DNA from: Hydrolagus colliei
Taxonomy: Eukaryota
Direction: 5' to 3'
Assembly: GCA_035084275.1 (NCBI GenBank)
Contig: CM068742.1
Location: 154,690,001-154,754,000 of the forward strand
DNA: 64,000 nt
In this document: positions 1-10,104 of the stretch, in pieces
Layout of the letters: every line of letters begins with the position of its first letter
Position numbering within the stretch: the stretch's first letter is position 1
Position numbers and translations under genes: made by a program
Notes under the pieces: generated by a model
Database searches by the model: none
Told to the model about the DNA's origin: nothing
Seen by the model: the letters and a program-made list of their open reading frames with translations, nothing else

Positions 1-411
1 GAATGGCTGGACAATGGAGACCCTGATATAGTGACCGGCAGGTTAGGGTCACCAGTCATCATGTACTGCAAGTTCACTCACCCTCACCCCAGATACACAG
101 GTAACATCACCATCAGGTGGAAGGGAGGCTGGGCTGGTCCTGTGTATTTTAAATATACAAACTATAGGCCAGATTCACAGGGAAAGTATCAAAATATCAT
201 TGATGCAAACGAGGGAGACGACACCGAGTGATTGCGAACCCGAGGAGGAACGACGCTACAATACAGATAAACCAGCTGAGGGGAGAGGACAATAATAAGA
301 CTTTCTCCTGTTCAACTGTTCAACTTTTCAAAAGTTCAACTGTCGTGTGGAGCTCCAGGGTGAGGGCAGACAGCTTGAAACTGACCCCAGCTACACATCT
401 GTATGTTACAG
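1..411 (+). pseudogene. V1-type Ig V-set pseudo-exon of truncated unit psi0 (5' end outside window)
   Basis: Same sequence family as the intact V1 exons. It has a 1-nt deletion in ACC-CCT (C4->C3), a 1-nt deletion in GATCGA, and a 32-nt insertion at 311-342. Donor ACAG|GTGAGG at 411/412. Confidence 0.9.
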
Positions 412-703
412 GTGAGGAACGATGGGAAGTTGGAATGAGACGTGATGATCCTCACTGGTGCCGGAGTCAGTGGGAAGTGTCTCGCCCAGGACGGGCAATA
501 GGGAGCGAGTGTTCCCAGTGAAGGAAGGTGTGTAACAGGGGCTGGCAGGGACAGTGAGTGAGCGGCTGATGGGAGGGAGGGCTGTGCTGTACACTGACCT
601 GTCACTGTGGGAATGTCTATTTGCCAAGGCTCCTCACATGTGTGTAACATGTACTGTGTCACACTGACTGCGCTTCAGTATTCCAATCCTGTTCCTGTCT
701 CAG

Positions 704-1087
704 GTCATGAAGAGAAGCTCCCGTCAGTGACTGGTACCAAGGGAGGTGATGCCACACTGCCCTGCTCCTTCACCAGGCCCAACACACACCAGAATCCTGC
801 CACAGTCACAGTGATTTGGAGGAGAGGGAGGCCACAAGGGCAGCCAGTTACTAATGACACTCTTGACCTCACCTCCCGCTCCAACCCCAGGGAGTCAGAG
901 ACAGTGAATGAAGGAAATCACAATAACCTGGTCGGGAATGTGAGGGATGGAGACGCTTGCCTGAGGATCAGGGACTTGGAGTTAAACGACAACAACCGGT
1001 ATTTCTGTAACATACACGTCATGTTTATCTATAACAGACAACAACAGGACCAGATGACACAGGACTTATCACGGATACAGGTTTTTG
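704..1087 (+). CDS. V2-type Ig V-set exon of truncated unit psi0 (open, 128 codons)
   Basis: Acceptor tctcag|GT, donor TTG|gtaaga, phase 1-1. LPCSF...WRR...YFCNIH Ig core. Read-through into the intron gives a stop at 1117-1119, followed by AATAAA at 1128-1133. Confidence 0.75.
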
Positions 1088-1815
1088 GTAAGAAATCTCT
1101 TGTCACTGCGGGTCACTGAATTGGGTAAATAAACAAGTCAATGTTCACTTGGTTTTAACAACGTTAAGTTTGATTAATTCCATATTCTGCTTCTCATGTG
1201 TTAATTAGCACACAGAATATATTCGGAATGAGCAGAAACTTTAGTTGCTACAGGAGACAGTGTTTCTTCCCTCTCATCTCATGTTGACTGGCTAGTCAAA
1301 GCCTTAACAATTAGACTCACTTTTACCACCGCATTTCCTACCCTACTCTCTTCCTGATCCCAAATTCCAGCTTTGGTGGTGGTGGAAATCCTGATTTGGG
1401 AATTCCACCCCGTGTGAAAGCCACGCTACAAATGTGATTGTTTATTGTGGCTTAAAGTAGCAGGAAGCTTGCCATGGGGTGTGTACAAGATTACGGAATG
1501 ACAAGATTGGTCTGGGCGATGAAAGCCCATCTGATGTGAAAAGCGCTAAACAAATGTAACTCTGTTGTTGTTGTTCATCTCATCCTTGCAAAACACACAC
1601 CTACTGTCCACGCATCGCATCATCAAGTTGCTTTGTAAATGAATCAGTGTCCTGGCCTCAAATACCCTACCTGGCAACCTGATCCAGTTGTGCGAGTGTG
1701 CAACAATGGGGAGAGAATGACTGGGATCAGAGTGGAGAGCTCCAGTGGGGAGTGAGCACAGACATGATGCGGAAATATATTTGGTAACAATAACTCTGTT
1801 TCTTTATATCCAAAG

Positions 1816-1853
1816 CTCCGGCCGTCATCCTGACTCTGTCCCTTGTGGCTGGT
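1816..1853 (+). pseudogene. 38-bp stub of the C2/TM exon, fused to upstream-of-leader sequence
   Basis: Acceptor ccaaag|CTCCGGCCGTCATCCTGACTCTG matches 7789 onward. Homology stops at GTGGCTGGT, and an in-frame TAG follows after PQN. Confidence 0.85.
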
Positions 1854-2595
1854 CCACAGAATTAGGGGAGGATGGAAATAGAAGTGTGAACAGTTGAGTT
1901 AGTGTAAGCAGGCAAGAGAGGGCACATGGTGAAGAGATGATGCTGGGAGCTGTGCTCTGTCCCTAGTCCCGTCAGCCTCTGCGGGTTTTAGTGGTGGCCT
2001 AATAGAGGATAAGAATTGGGAAAATAGGAAAATAGGAATAGATTATTTCTGCTGATCAGCCAGTTAGTTACAAGAGGAACATATCTAAAACCACGACAAA
2101 AAAGGAACCAAGGGGAGGTTAGAATCCCTGTCTTTACACAGAAGGGGTGCAATTGTCGAATTCAGTTACAAACAATAATTAATGCAAAATCCGTCAACTC
2201 TATCAAGGGGTTTGAATAGATATTTGAAGAGGAGATACATTAAAAGGTGTGGTGGGAGGGGGAGTGGCCCAACTCCTAGCTCGCGTCAAATTCCGTAATT
2301 GTCCAGGGCCTTGGGACATCCTCCCAACATGAAAATGCTCTAGAATGTCATGTATTTGGGATATAAAGCTGAGGGCAATGTAAACGAGAATTAAACGTCA
2401 CTCAGTGAGTGTAAAATTGGGCGGGGGCAGAGTTAGTGTTGAAACATTGCAGAGGATCAGACAAGGGTCATGTGGGGGGGTGGAGCTCTGGTGGTGACAA
2501 GGGAAGTGAGAGGAGGAAGGAAAGAGAAGTGTGACCAGCTGTGTCAGTGCGAGGCAGGCGTGCGAGGGGAAGGAGTGTGTCCTGAGTGAGGGAAG

Positions 2596-2647
2596 ATGAT
2601 GCTGGGAGCTGTGCTCTGCGCCCTGGTCCTGTCAGCCTCTGCCTTAC
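2596..2647 (+). CDS. Gene A leader exon ([17 protein letters not shown], signal peptide)
   Basis: Hydrophobic 17-mer ending ASA-L. Phase-1 donor C|GTACGT fits the phase-1 V1 acceptor. Conserved upstream of every V1. Confidence 0.8.
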
Positions 2648-5600
2648 GTACGTACTTTCCAATCAGTAACTATAATAAGTGCTCACACACGATTGTCACC
2701 TCAATGCTCGATTCCGGCAACTCCCTCCTTGTCGGCCTCCCCAACTCTTCACTCCACAAGCTGCAGATAATCCCAAACTTTGCACCTCGTGTCCTCTCCC
2801 ACAACAGGCTCTGTGACCCTATCACTCCCACCCTCGCCCATATCCAGTGAGGAGATCTCAGAGGATTGAATTCCAGATTCACATACTCATGTACAAGACT
2901 CCCCACCCTCCTACCTCGCTGACCTGCTGATCCCCTCTCCAACTATCTGCTCTCTCCATTCAGCAAGCTCCGGCCTTCTCCATGTATCCCGTCTGACCCG
3001 CCCTTCCAACTTTGGTGGGCTTGCAGACCCTCTGCTCCTATGCTTTTTGGAACTCAATTGAATAATCCCTTCACCTTGCTCCCTAACTTGCCTTGTTTAT
3101 GGCTGGCCTCAAGCCCTTCCTTTTTGACTGTCCCTTCAGCTGCTATCCTGTCTCATGCCAACCCTGGCCACCCAACCCACCTCCCCCATACTTGAGTCCT
3201 GACCCATGACTGTTCAGCGCCTTGGGACGTCCTCCCAACATGAAAGGTGCTCTACACATGTGGTTGTTGTGGTTGTTTATCTTTTAGTGGCATGATTACA
3301 TGTGTAATGATTACAAGTGTGTGTTTGTTACCTCTGCCTCCGTTTGATTTCCCCAATCTCTCTCTGTCTTGTCTGTGTTACTTTTCGCTTGCCACTGGAG
3401 CTCTTTACTCTAAACTGATTCCCAAGTGTCAATACTAGTTAAACCGTATCAGTTACCCCCAAACCACATTCTGGGGTCCTCTTGCATTAGACACTTGGGT
3501 GACAACAAATGATGGTATTTTAATATTACACCCAGACCACAACAGCGTTTTTCTTTCCACAAGCCACCCATAGTAACCCCTCTGACCTGTCACTCCCCTT
3601 CCCCTTCACACTTAATATGCCTGCTCTTCAAACATCTATCCAATTCTCTTTGATAGACTTGACGGATGATGCATCAAATTCAGTTTGTGGCAGATAATTC
3701 CACAATTCCACCCATTCTGTGTAACGACAGGAAAACCAAAGTGTTTCCTTGTTAACTCTCTGCTTCTACTTTACCTAATTTAAGCCTTCATAATTCCTTT
3801 TTTGAGATGGTATTAGATGTGTTCTTCTTGAGACTATCTCTCTGGTCTATTTCCGGATCAGCTAAAATGTGTTGCTATTTCCCCTGTTGTGATCTGTTGC
3901 GACCTCTATCTGTTCGCCCCAAACCTTCTCTGTTCTTCAGCCACCAATCTCTCAAATCTCTCTTCAGATCTGAAACCCCTCATCTCTGGGAATGTGCCAA
4001 TAAACAAGCAATTTGTATTCCATTGCTGTTATTTCGTTCTTACAGAGAATCCCAAACTGTCTCAAAATTCCAAACCAAGCTCTTGTCCAAGCTCAGTGTT
4101 GCCTGTTTGATTTTATATTGTGTTCTGGTTCACATTACACCATGTGTGTCCTCACAGGGATCAGTGTGAATGGCTGGACAATGGAGACCCCTGATACAGT
4201 GACCGGCAGGTTAGGGTCACCAGTCATCGTGTACTGCAAGTTTGTTGAGCCGCACCCCAGATACACAGGCAACATCACCATCACGTGGAAGGGAGGCTGG
4301 ACTAGTCCTGTGTATTTTAAATATACAAACTATAGGCCAGATTCACAGGAAAAGTATCAAAATATCATTGATGTAAACGAGGGAGATCGATACCGAGTGA
4401 TTGGGAACCCGAGGAGGAACGACGCTACAATACAGATAAACCAGCTGAGGGGAGAGGACAATAAGAAGTGGTGCAACTGTCGTGTTCAGCTCCAGGGTGA
4501 GGATGGAATGTGTGAAACTGGCCCCGAAACACATCTGTATGTTACAGGTGAGGAACGATGGGAAGTGGGAATGAGACGTGATGATCCTCACTGGTGCTGG
4601 AGACATATTGTGAGGGTATAGATGTGTGGAACTCCCACTGGTTTAGATATTCTTAACAATGGTGACAGATTTCTCCATGTATAAGGCAAATGTCTGCCCA
4701 AATACAAGAGATTTTCTCCTTGGGTCATCACCAAAAATCCTTTATGTTTATCAGTCAATCATTTCATAACCATTGAGATCTTTGATCTGAGTAAACTGAC
4801 TGCAAAAGTGTCACTATATTTATAGTAACAAATAAAAATAATGATTGTAGTTCATATTACATCTGATTACATTTTCTTGATATAAAAGGAAGTGCTGACT
4901 AACCTCTATAGGACTTTGGTGAGGCCTCAGCTGGAATACTGTGTTCAATTCTGGTCACCACACTACAGAAAGGATGTGAAGGCATTGGAAAGGGTACAAC
5001 GAAGATTTACTAGGATGGTGCCAGGATTGAGGGACTTCAGCTATGAGGAGAGGCTAGATAGGCTAGGGTTATTCTCTCTGGAGCAGAGAAGATTGAGGGG
5101 AGACCTAATAGACATTTATAATATCATGAGGGGTTTCGACAGGGCAAATAGAGAAAAACTATTTCCACTCGTGGGTGAATCTGTGACTCGTGGTCACAGA
5201 TTTAAAATAGTTTCAAGGCGCAGTAGAGGGGAGCTGAGGAGAAATGTTTTCACTCAGCGAGTTGTTCGAATCTGGAATGCATTGCCTGAAAAGCTGGTGG
5301 AGGCTGATTCGATAACAACTTTTAAAAGGGAATTAGATCTTTATTTAGGGAGAACGGGTCTATTAGGCTATGGGGAACGGGCAGGGCAGTGGGATTGAAT
5401 CGCTCTTTTCAAAGAGCCGGCACAGACTAGATGGGCCGAATGGCCTCCTTTTGTGCCGTAAAATTCTATGATTCTATGATTCTTACAGATCAATAGATTA
5501 CTCTATGAAGTGAATTGACTGTATATTTTGTTGGCAAAATATGGTAGCCAATTGCACACAGCAGTTTCCCATAGATACTCGTGGATTGAGTAACCAAAGC

Positions 5601-8600
5601 TTTGTTTAAGGGATTATTACCAAGCAAAGAAATACGCCAATCGAAGAACACAATTGTTTCCTATGTACCCTTAGGTAAACAGACATGTGTGGACAAAGGA
5701 AAATTACCCAAGGTTTTTCCCTACCCATGAATCAAGCTCAGGTCCTCTATAGTATGAGGCAAGTGTTCTAAGTTACAAGGCTAATCAGTAAGAAGGTTGT
5801 TGGTGCTATTAAAAGCCAAAGTTTAATTAGTGAGACATTGCTGCCCACAATCTCAGAGAGGGTGAGTGAGGAGCACAGGCCTGAGGGAGATAGTGCCATG
5901 AAAAGCAGGAATATACAGGATGTGTAACATGTACTGTGTCTCACTGACTGCTCTGCACTATTCCAATCCTGTTCCTGTCTCAGGTCATGAAGAGAAGCTC
6001 CCGTCAGTGACTGGTACCAAGGGAGGTGATGCCACACTGCCCTGCTCCTTCATCAGGCCCAACACACACCTGAATCCTGCCACAGTCACAGTGATTTGGA
6101 GGAGAGGGAGGCCACACGGGCAGCCAGTTACTAATGACACTCTTGGCCTCACCGCCCGCTCCAACCCCAGGGAGTCAGAGACAGTGAATGAAGGAAATCG
6201 CCATAACCTGGTTGGGAATGTGAGGGTTGGAGACACTTCCCTGAGGATCAAGGATCTGGAGTTAAACGATACCGACCAGTATTTCTGTAACGTACACATC
6301 ATGTTTATCAATAGCGGAGAACAACAAGTTCATGTGACACAGGACACATCACGGCTGCTGGTTGTTGGTAAGAAATCTCTTGTCTCTGTGGGACATGGAA
6401 AGGGGTAAATGTCAATGTTCACGGGCGCATCATTACAGACTAGGTTTGTCTCATTCCTTACCCTGTGCCTCACGTGTTAATTAGCACAAGAAACATGTTA
6501 TGAAACAGCAGAACCTTTTCCCTGGGGGGAGGGATTCTTCTCACTTGCCTCCCGTTAACGCTGCAGCCAAAGTTAGGGTGATCCTAGCTGGACAAGCAGC
6601 CGGTATCTTGCCAATGACATGTGACGTAGTTGTCACAAGATCACAGGATTGGTCTGAATGAAGAAACCCCATCTAGTCATATACATACTGAACCCCCAAA
6701 TCACCCGCTAATCCCTACCAACCCCTCGCCCCCCAAAACATTGGTATCAAGCGGAATCTAAAAGTCTGTAATTGCTCTGCCTGAAGGGAAATTGGATAGA
6801 TACGTGAAAATGAAACATTTTCAGGGCTCTTTTGTAAGACTGGGATAGAATGACTAGTTGAGAGATCCTGTAGCTTGGAGCACTTGCCGTGGAACCCAGA
6901 GGACCTGGGTTAGATTATTGCGCTGGGGAAACCATTGGGCAAACTGCCTTACTCCAAACACGCGTTTACCCAGTAATGAGTGCGAATCCAGCTGTCAGTT
7001 GATTGGCAGGCAATTTTCTGGGGTAATAATCGCTTAAAGAAATATATTTAGAAAAAAAATGTGATCGATCAGTGCTGTGATTAAAAATTAGCTGCTGGGT
7101 TTTGCTCACAAAAATATACAGGTACAGTCAATTATCTTGACAGTATATTCTAATAATCTCTCCCCCAAAAAATACAATAGTAAAATTGGTCATTTCAATC
7201 CACAACTCTTCGTGGGACGCTGCTGTGCGCAATTGCCTGCCACGCTTTGCCCATAAGTATACAGTCAATTCACTTGATAGTACATTCTGTGAAGCACCTT
7301 GAGACATCTAGAAGACGTGAAAAGCACCTTATCAAAATGCAAGGATTATTTTTAATTATTATTTTGTGAAGCGGTTTTAGTCGTTGAGAAGATGTGAAAA
7401 CTTCTATATTAAATGCAATTATTATTATCATTACTAGTGATGATAGAAGTAGCAGTAAATACAAGGATGATTATATATTACAGCTCTTTCAAAGAACCGG
7501 TTACAGAGACGATGTTGCAAATGGCCTTCTTCCTGCTATAAGATTCTATGATATTAAAATGGAAATATTAAATATTTGGAGATGAACATTATAAACAAAA
7601 CAAAAATGGACAAGAAAAAAGCAGGCAATCAGATTAGAGCAGAAAACAACAACAACAAAATTACATTTGTATAGTGTCTTTCATGATGGCGGGCCATCTG
7701 AAGAACACCAGTGAGTAAGCGAGTACTAGTGGATATGACGGTGAAAGTAATTTAATTGGAATAACTCTGTGTTTCTTTATACCCAAAGCTCCGGCCGTCA
7801 TCCTGACTCTGTCCCTCGTGGCCAGTGATGGAGCCGGAGGTGGCATCGTGTGCACGGCTGAGGGGGAACCACCAGCCACCATCACATGGATCGACCCCCA
7901 GAATAACACGCTGCCCGTCAACACCCACACGTCAATCACACATATACCAGACATGTATCTAACCTTGGGGGAAATCTGGGACCTGAAGTTGAGGGGAACG
8001 TACCGCTGTGTAGCTGAGAACACACAGGGCAACGACACCCGAGACATCCTCGTCACTGCCCTACAGAGTGAGGTGGACAACGAGAGTGATGGGGACAACG
8101 AGAGTAATGGGGACAGTAATTTGTATGTCAGGGTCTCCATTGTGGTCATGCTTGTTCTGCTGATTGCCTTCATTGTCCATTGGGTAAAGAGAGGTAGGTG
8201 TTTACAGATGTAGTGATTATGTGGATTTGTGGATTCCTGTAGCTCAGTGGTCACTGAGTATTCGACTTACAAACATGAGACCTGCGTTCAATTCCAGGCA
8301 GGGTGAAACATTTGCCAAGTTTCCTTATTCCACACGCCTGATAATAATTATGACTGATTGTAGGATTTTGCTATGTGCAAGTGGCTGCCTCATTTAGCCC
8401 ACAAATATACAGCACAGGCAATTCACTTTACAGTATCTTCTGTGAAGCACTTTGAGACTTCTAGAAGATGTGAAAAGCGCTATCTCAAATGCAAGGATTA
8501 TTATTATTATTCCAAATGAGTCTAGCAGAGCCAATCGCTTCCTCAACTCTGACTCAGCAAATATTCTGCCATATACACACACTTGGCAACCACATCATCA

Positions 8601-9984
8601 TCATCATCATCGTAATAATAAACCTTGTATTTGGTATAGCGCTGTTCACATCCTATCGACCTCTCAAAGCGCTTCACTGAATATACTGTAAAGTGAATTG
8701 ACTGTATATTTGTGAGCAAATCACAGCAGCCAATTGCGCACAGCAGTGTCCCCACAAACAGTCGTGGATTGAAACGACCCATTTTATTATCGTGTTTTTT
8801 TCAGACGGATTATTATTAGGTTTGGAGTAAGAAAACTTGCTAGATTTCGCCCTGACCTGCCTAGATTCGAACACAGGTCTCTCCAACGTGGTCTCCCCAG
8901 CTTGCAAGACAAGTGCTGTAACCACTGAGCCACAGGAGCTCCACCTGGTTAATACTAAGCAGAAGGAGACAAAGAAAAATTCTTGCATTTGGTATTGCCA
9001 GCCGGTGGTATATCTGGCTTCCTGTTTAGTAACCATAGTTACATAACACAATAGGAAGAGAACAGTTTGCCACAAGCCTTTCACTGGAATAACGTACACA
9101 CTTATCAAACCAGCAAAACATCTAAAGCAATAACAAATGAAATAATGATTATTATGATGATTATTATCTCTCCCCTTGCTTTCGTCTCTTCAGGTGTCAG
9201 AGTTTTCCGCCAGCGTTCAGAGAGGTGAGTGTGTCTTTCTAATGCCTTTACCTTTCCATTGACATTCAAGTTGCAAAGGGCTATTGAGCACCATGTTTGG
9301 CAAGCTTCCTGCTTCTCTCTCCAGCTACGACCACCCTACCCATTGGGGCTTTGGCTTGCAGGATTAATAGGATGAGTATGAGGATTCCCTGACACCAGTG
9401 GCTGGTCTTCCCTTCCAATTCTTGCCAATGAGTAGACTGGCTTTGCTGCCACCAGCAGTGCCCCAGAATATTAGATACTCACCTGGCTCAGGAACAAGAC
9501 TGAAGACCCACAGATTGTTGGCTTGAATCTGACAATCTGTTTCCAATCATGTCACCTTGGAGCCAGAGAAGCCAAGGAAACACCGTGTAGCTTAATCTAG
9601 ACAAACACCATGCACACAATCCTGTGGCCAAGCTGAGGCTTGGACTCTTCAGACAAGAGGCTTTTGCCCTATGTTCTATGCCAACAATCCCTCAGTAAAC
9701 CCATGATAGTTTGTGGGGAAGTTGTTGTATGAGCATTGGCTGATGTCATTCACATAAAATACAAAGTCATTACACTTTACAGTAAATCCTGTGAAGTGCT
9801 ATAAGACGTCCTCCTGATGTGAAAGACATGGTATCAAATGTGAGGATTATTAACGATGAGGTTTATCTTCCATCCTCTATAAAATGTAAAATATAAAATA
9901 TAAAATGTTTTCTCTTTATTTTTTAGTCGTCAAATGGATTTGGTTGTTGACAATGACTTTGTTCAACCTCAGCTGCCTACATGA
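2596..9984 (+). CDS. SIGLEC15-like: Gene A: Siglec-15-like receptor, V1-V2-C2-TM(Arg)-short Tyr-free tail, about 439 aa, putative activating type
   Basis: Exons 2596-2647, 4158-4547, 5984-6367, 7789-8193, 9194-9224 and 9927-9984(TGA), all GT-AG and phase-compatible (1320 nt). The motifs PHPRY, GNPRRND, CRVQ and CTAEGEPP resemble Siglec-15 as recalled from memory (BLAST needed). Confidence 0.8.
2680..3276 (+). mobile_element. L2-clade LINE 3' fragment in the leader intron (paralogs ~17330-17935, ~22275-22870, ~39410-39990, ~58350-58970)
   Basis: Degenerate ORF2 C-terminus ([32 protein letters not shown]) and a 3' tail cgccttgggacgtcc...aaaggtgctctacacatgtggttgttg. Boundaries approximate. Confidence 0.7.
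4158..4547 (+). CDS. Gene A V1 exon (Siglec-type V-set domain, Arg retained)
   Basis: cacag|GG acceptor, ACAG|gtgagg donor, 390 nt open, CNCRVQ. Confidence 0.9.
4885..5483 (+). mobile_element. CR1 LINE 3' end (~600 bp), specific to gene A
   Basis: ORF 4892-5398 is the CR1 ORF2 C-terminus ([13 protein letters not shown]). (ATTCTATG)n tail. The empty site cttgatatacagatc is seen in gene B. Confidence 0.95.
5984..6367 (+). CDS. Gene A V2 exon (second V-set domain, no Arg after the F-strand Cys)
   Basis: 384 nt open, phase 1-1, YFCNVH. Confidence 0.9.
7789..8193 (+). CDS. Gene A C2-set + acidic stalk + transmembrane exon
   Basis: ccaaag|CT acceptor, AGAG|gtaggt donor. [10 protein letters not shown]...GTYRCVAEN...[25 protein letters not shown]. 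Confidence 0.9.
8234..8511 (+). mobile_element. tRNA-derived SINE (paralogs ~26669-26982, ~46703-47014)
   Basis: A box TAGCTCAGTGG, B box GTTCAATTCC, 3' tail aaatgcaagg(att)n. Confidence 0.8.
8594..8942 (-). mobile_element. tRNA-derived SINE (paralog ~27064-27415; absent from gene C)
   Basis: The reverse complement has GGAGCTCCTGTGGCTCAGTGG...GTGTTCGAATC and the same 3' tail family. Confidence 0.75.
9194..9224 (+). CDS. Gene A cytoplasmic exon 1 (31 nt)
   Basis: tcttcag|GTG...AGAG|gtgagt, phase 1-2, conserved in three copies. Confidence 0.8.
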
Positions 9985-9988
9985 GACG
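9927..9988 (+). CDS. Gene A cytoplasmic exon 2 with in-frame TGA at 9982-9984
   Basis: tttttag|TCG...GACG|gtaact, phase 2-1. The equivalent codon is GGA in gene C. Confidence 0.8.
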
Positions 9989-10104
9989 GTAACTGTTTTC
10001 CCTCGATTACCGATGGCACAATTTTCACCCCGTGCTTTCACTAACCCAGGGCTGTGTCTCAGCTTTGCTCAGTCAGTGACACTCTCACCTCTGGCTCTGG
10101 GTGT

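Noticed and set aside
2495-2595. Purine-rich ETS-like GGAAGT motifs upstream of the leader
   Set aside because: A plausible TATA-less promoter, but the motif is short and not conserved in all five copies, so it is not supportable as a feature.
2468-2662. Recurrent minus-strand [15 protein letters not shown] (also 17045, 21702, 39194, 58012)
   Set aside because: It is the antisense shadow of the duplicated leader region, with variable length and no domain. Recurrence reflects segmental duplication.
8194-8213. ORF-track ending KRGRCLQM-stop taken as the true C-terminus
   Set aside because: A good donor (AG|GTAGGT) and phase-compatible downstream exons in all three genes indicate splicing. Intron retention remains possible but is unsupported.
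8234-8310. tRNA-like sequences with A and B boxes (also 26669, 46703, 48105, 55666)
   Set aside because: They continue into a shared SINE body and tail, and I could not see complete cloverleaf pairing. These are SINE heads, not tRNA genes.
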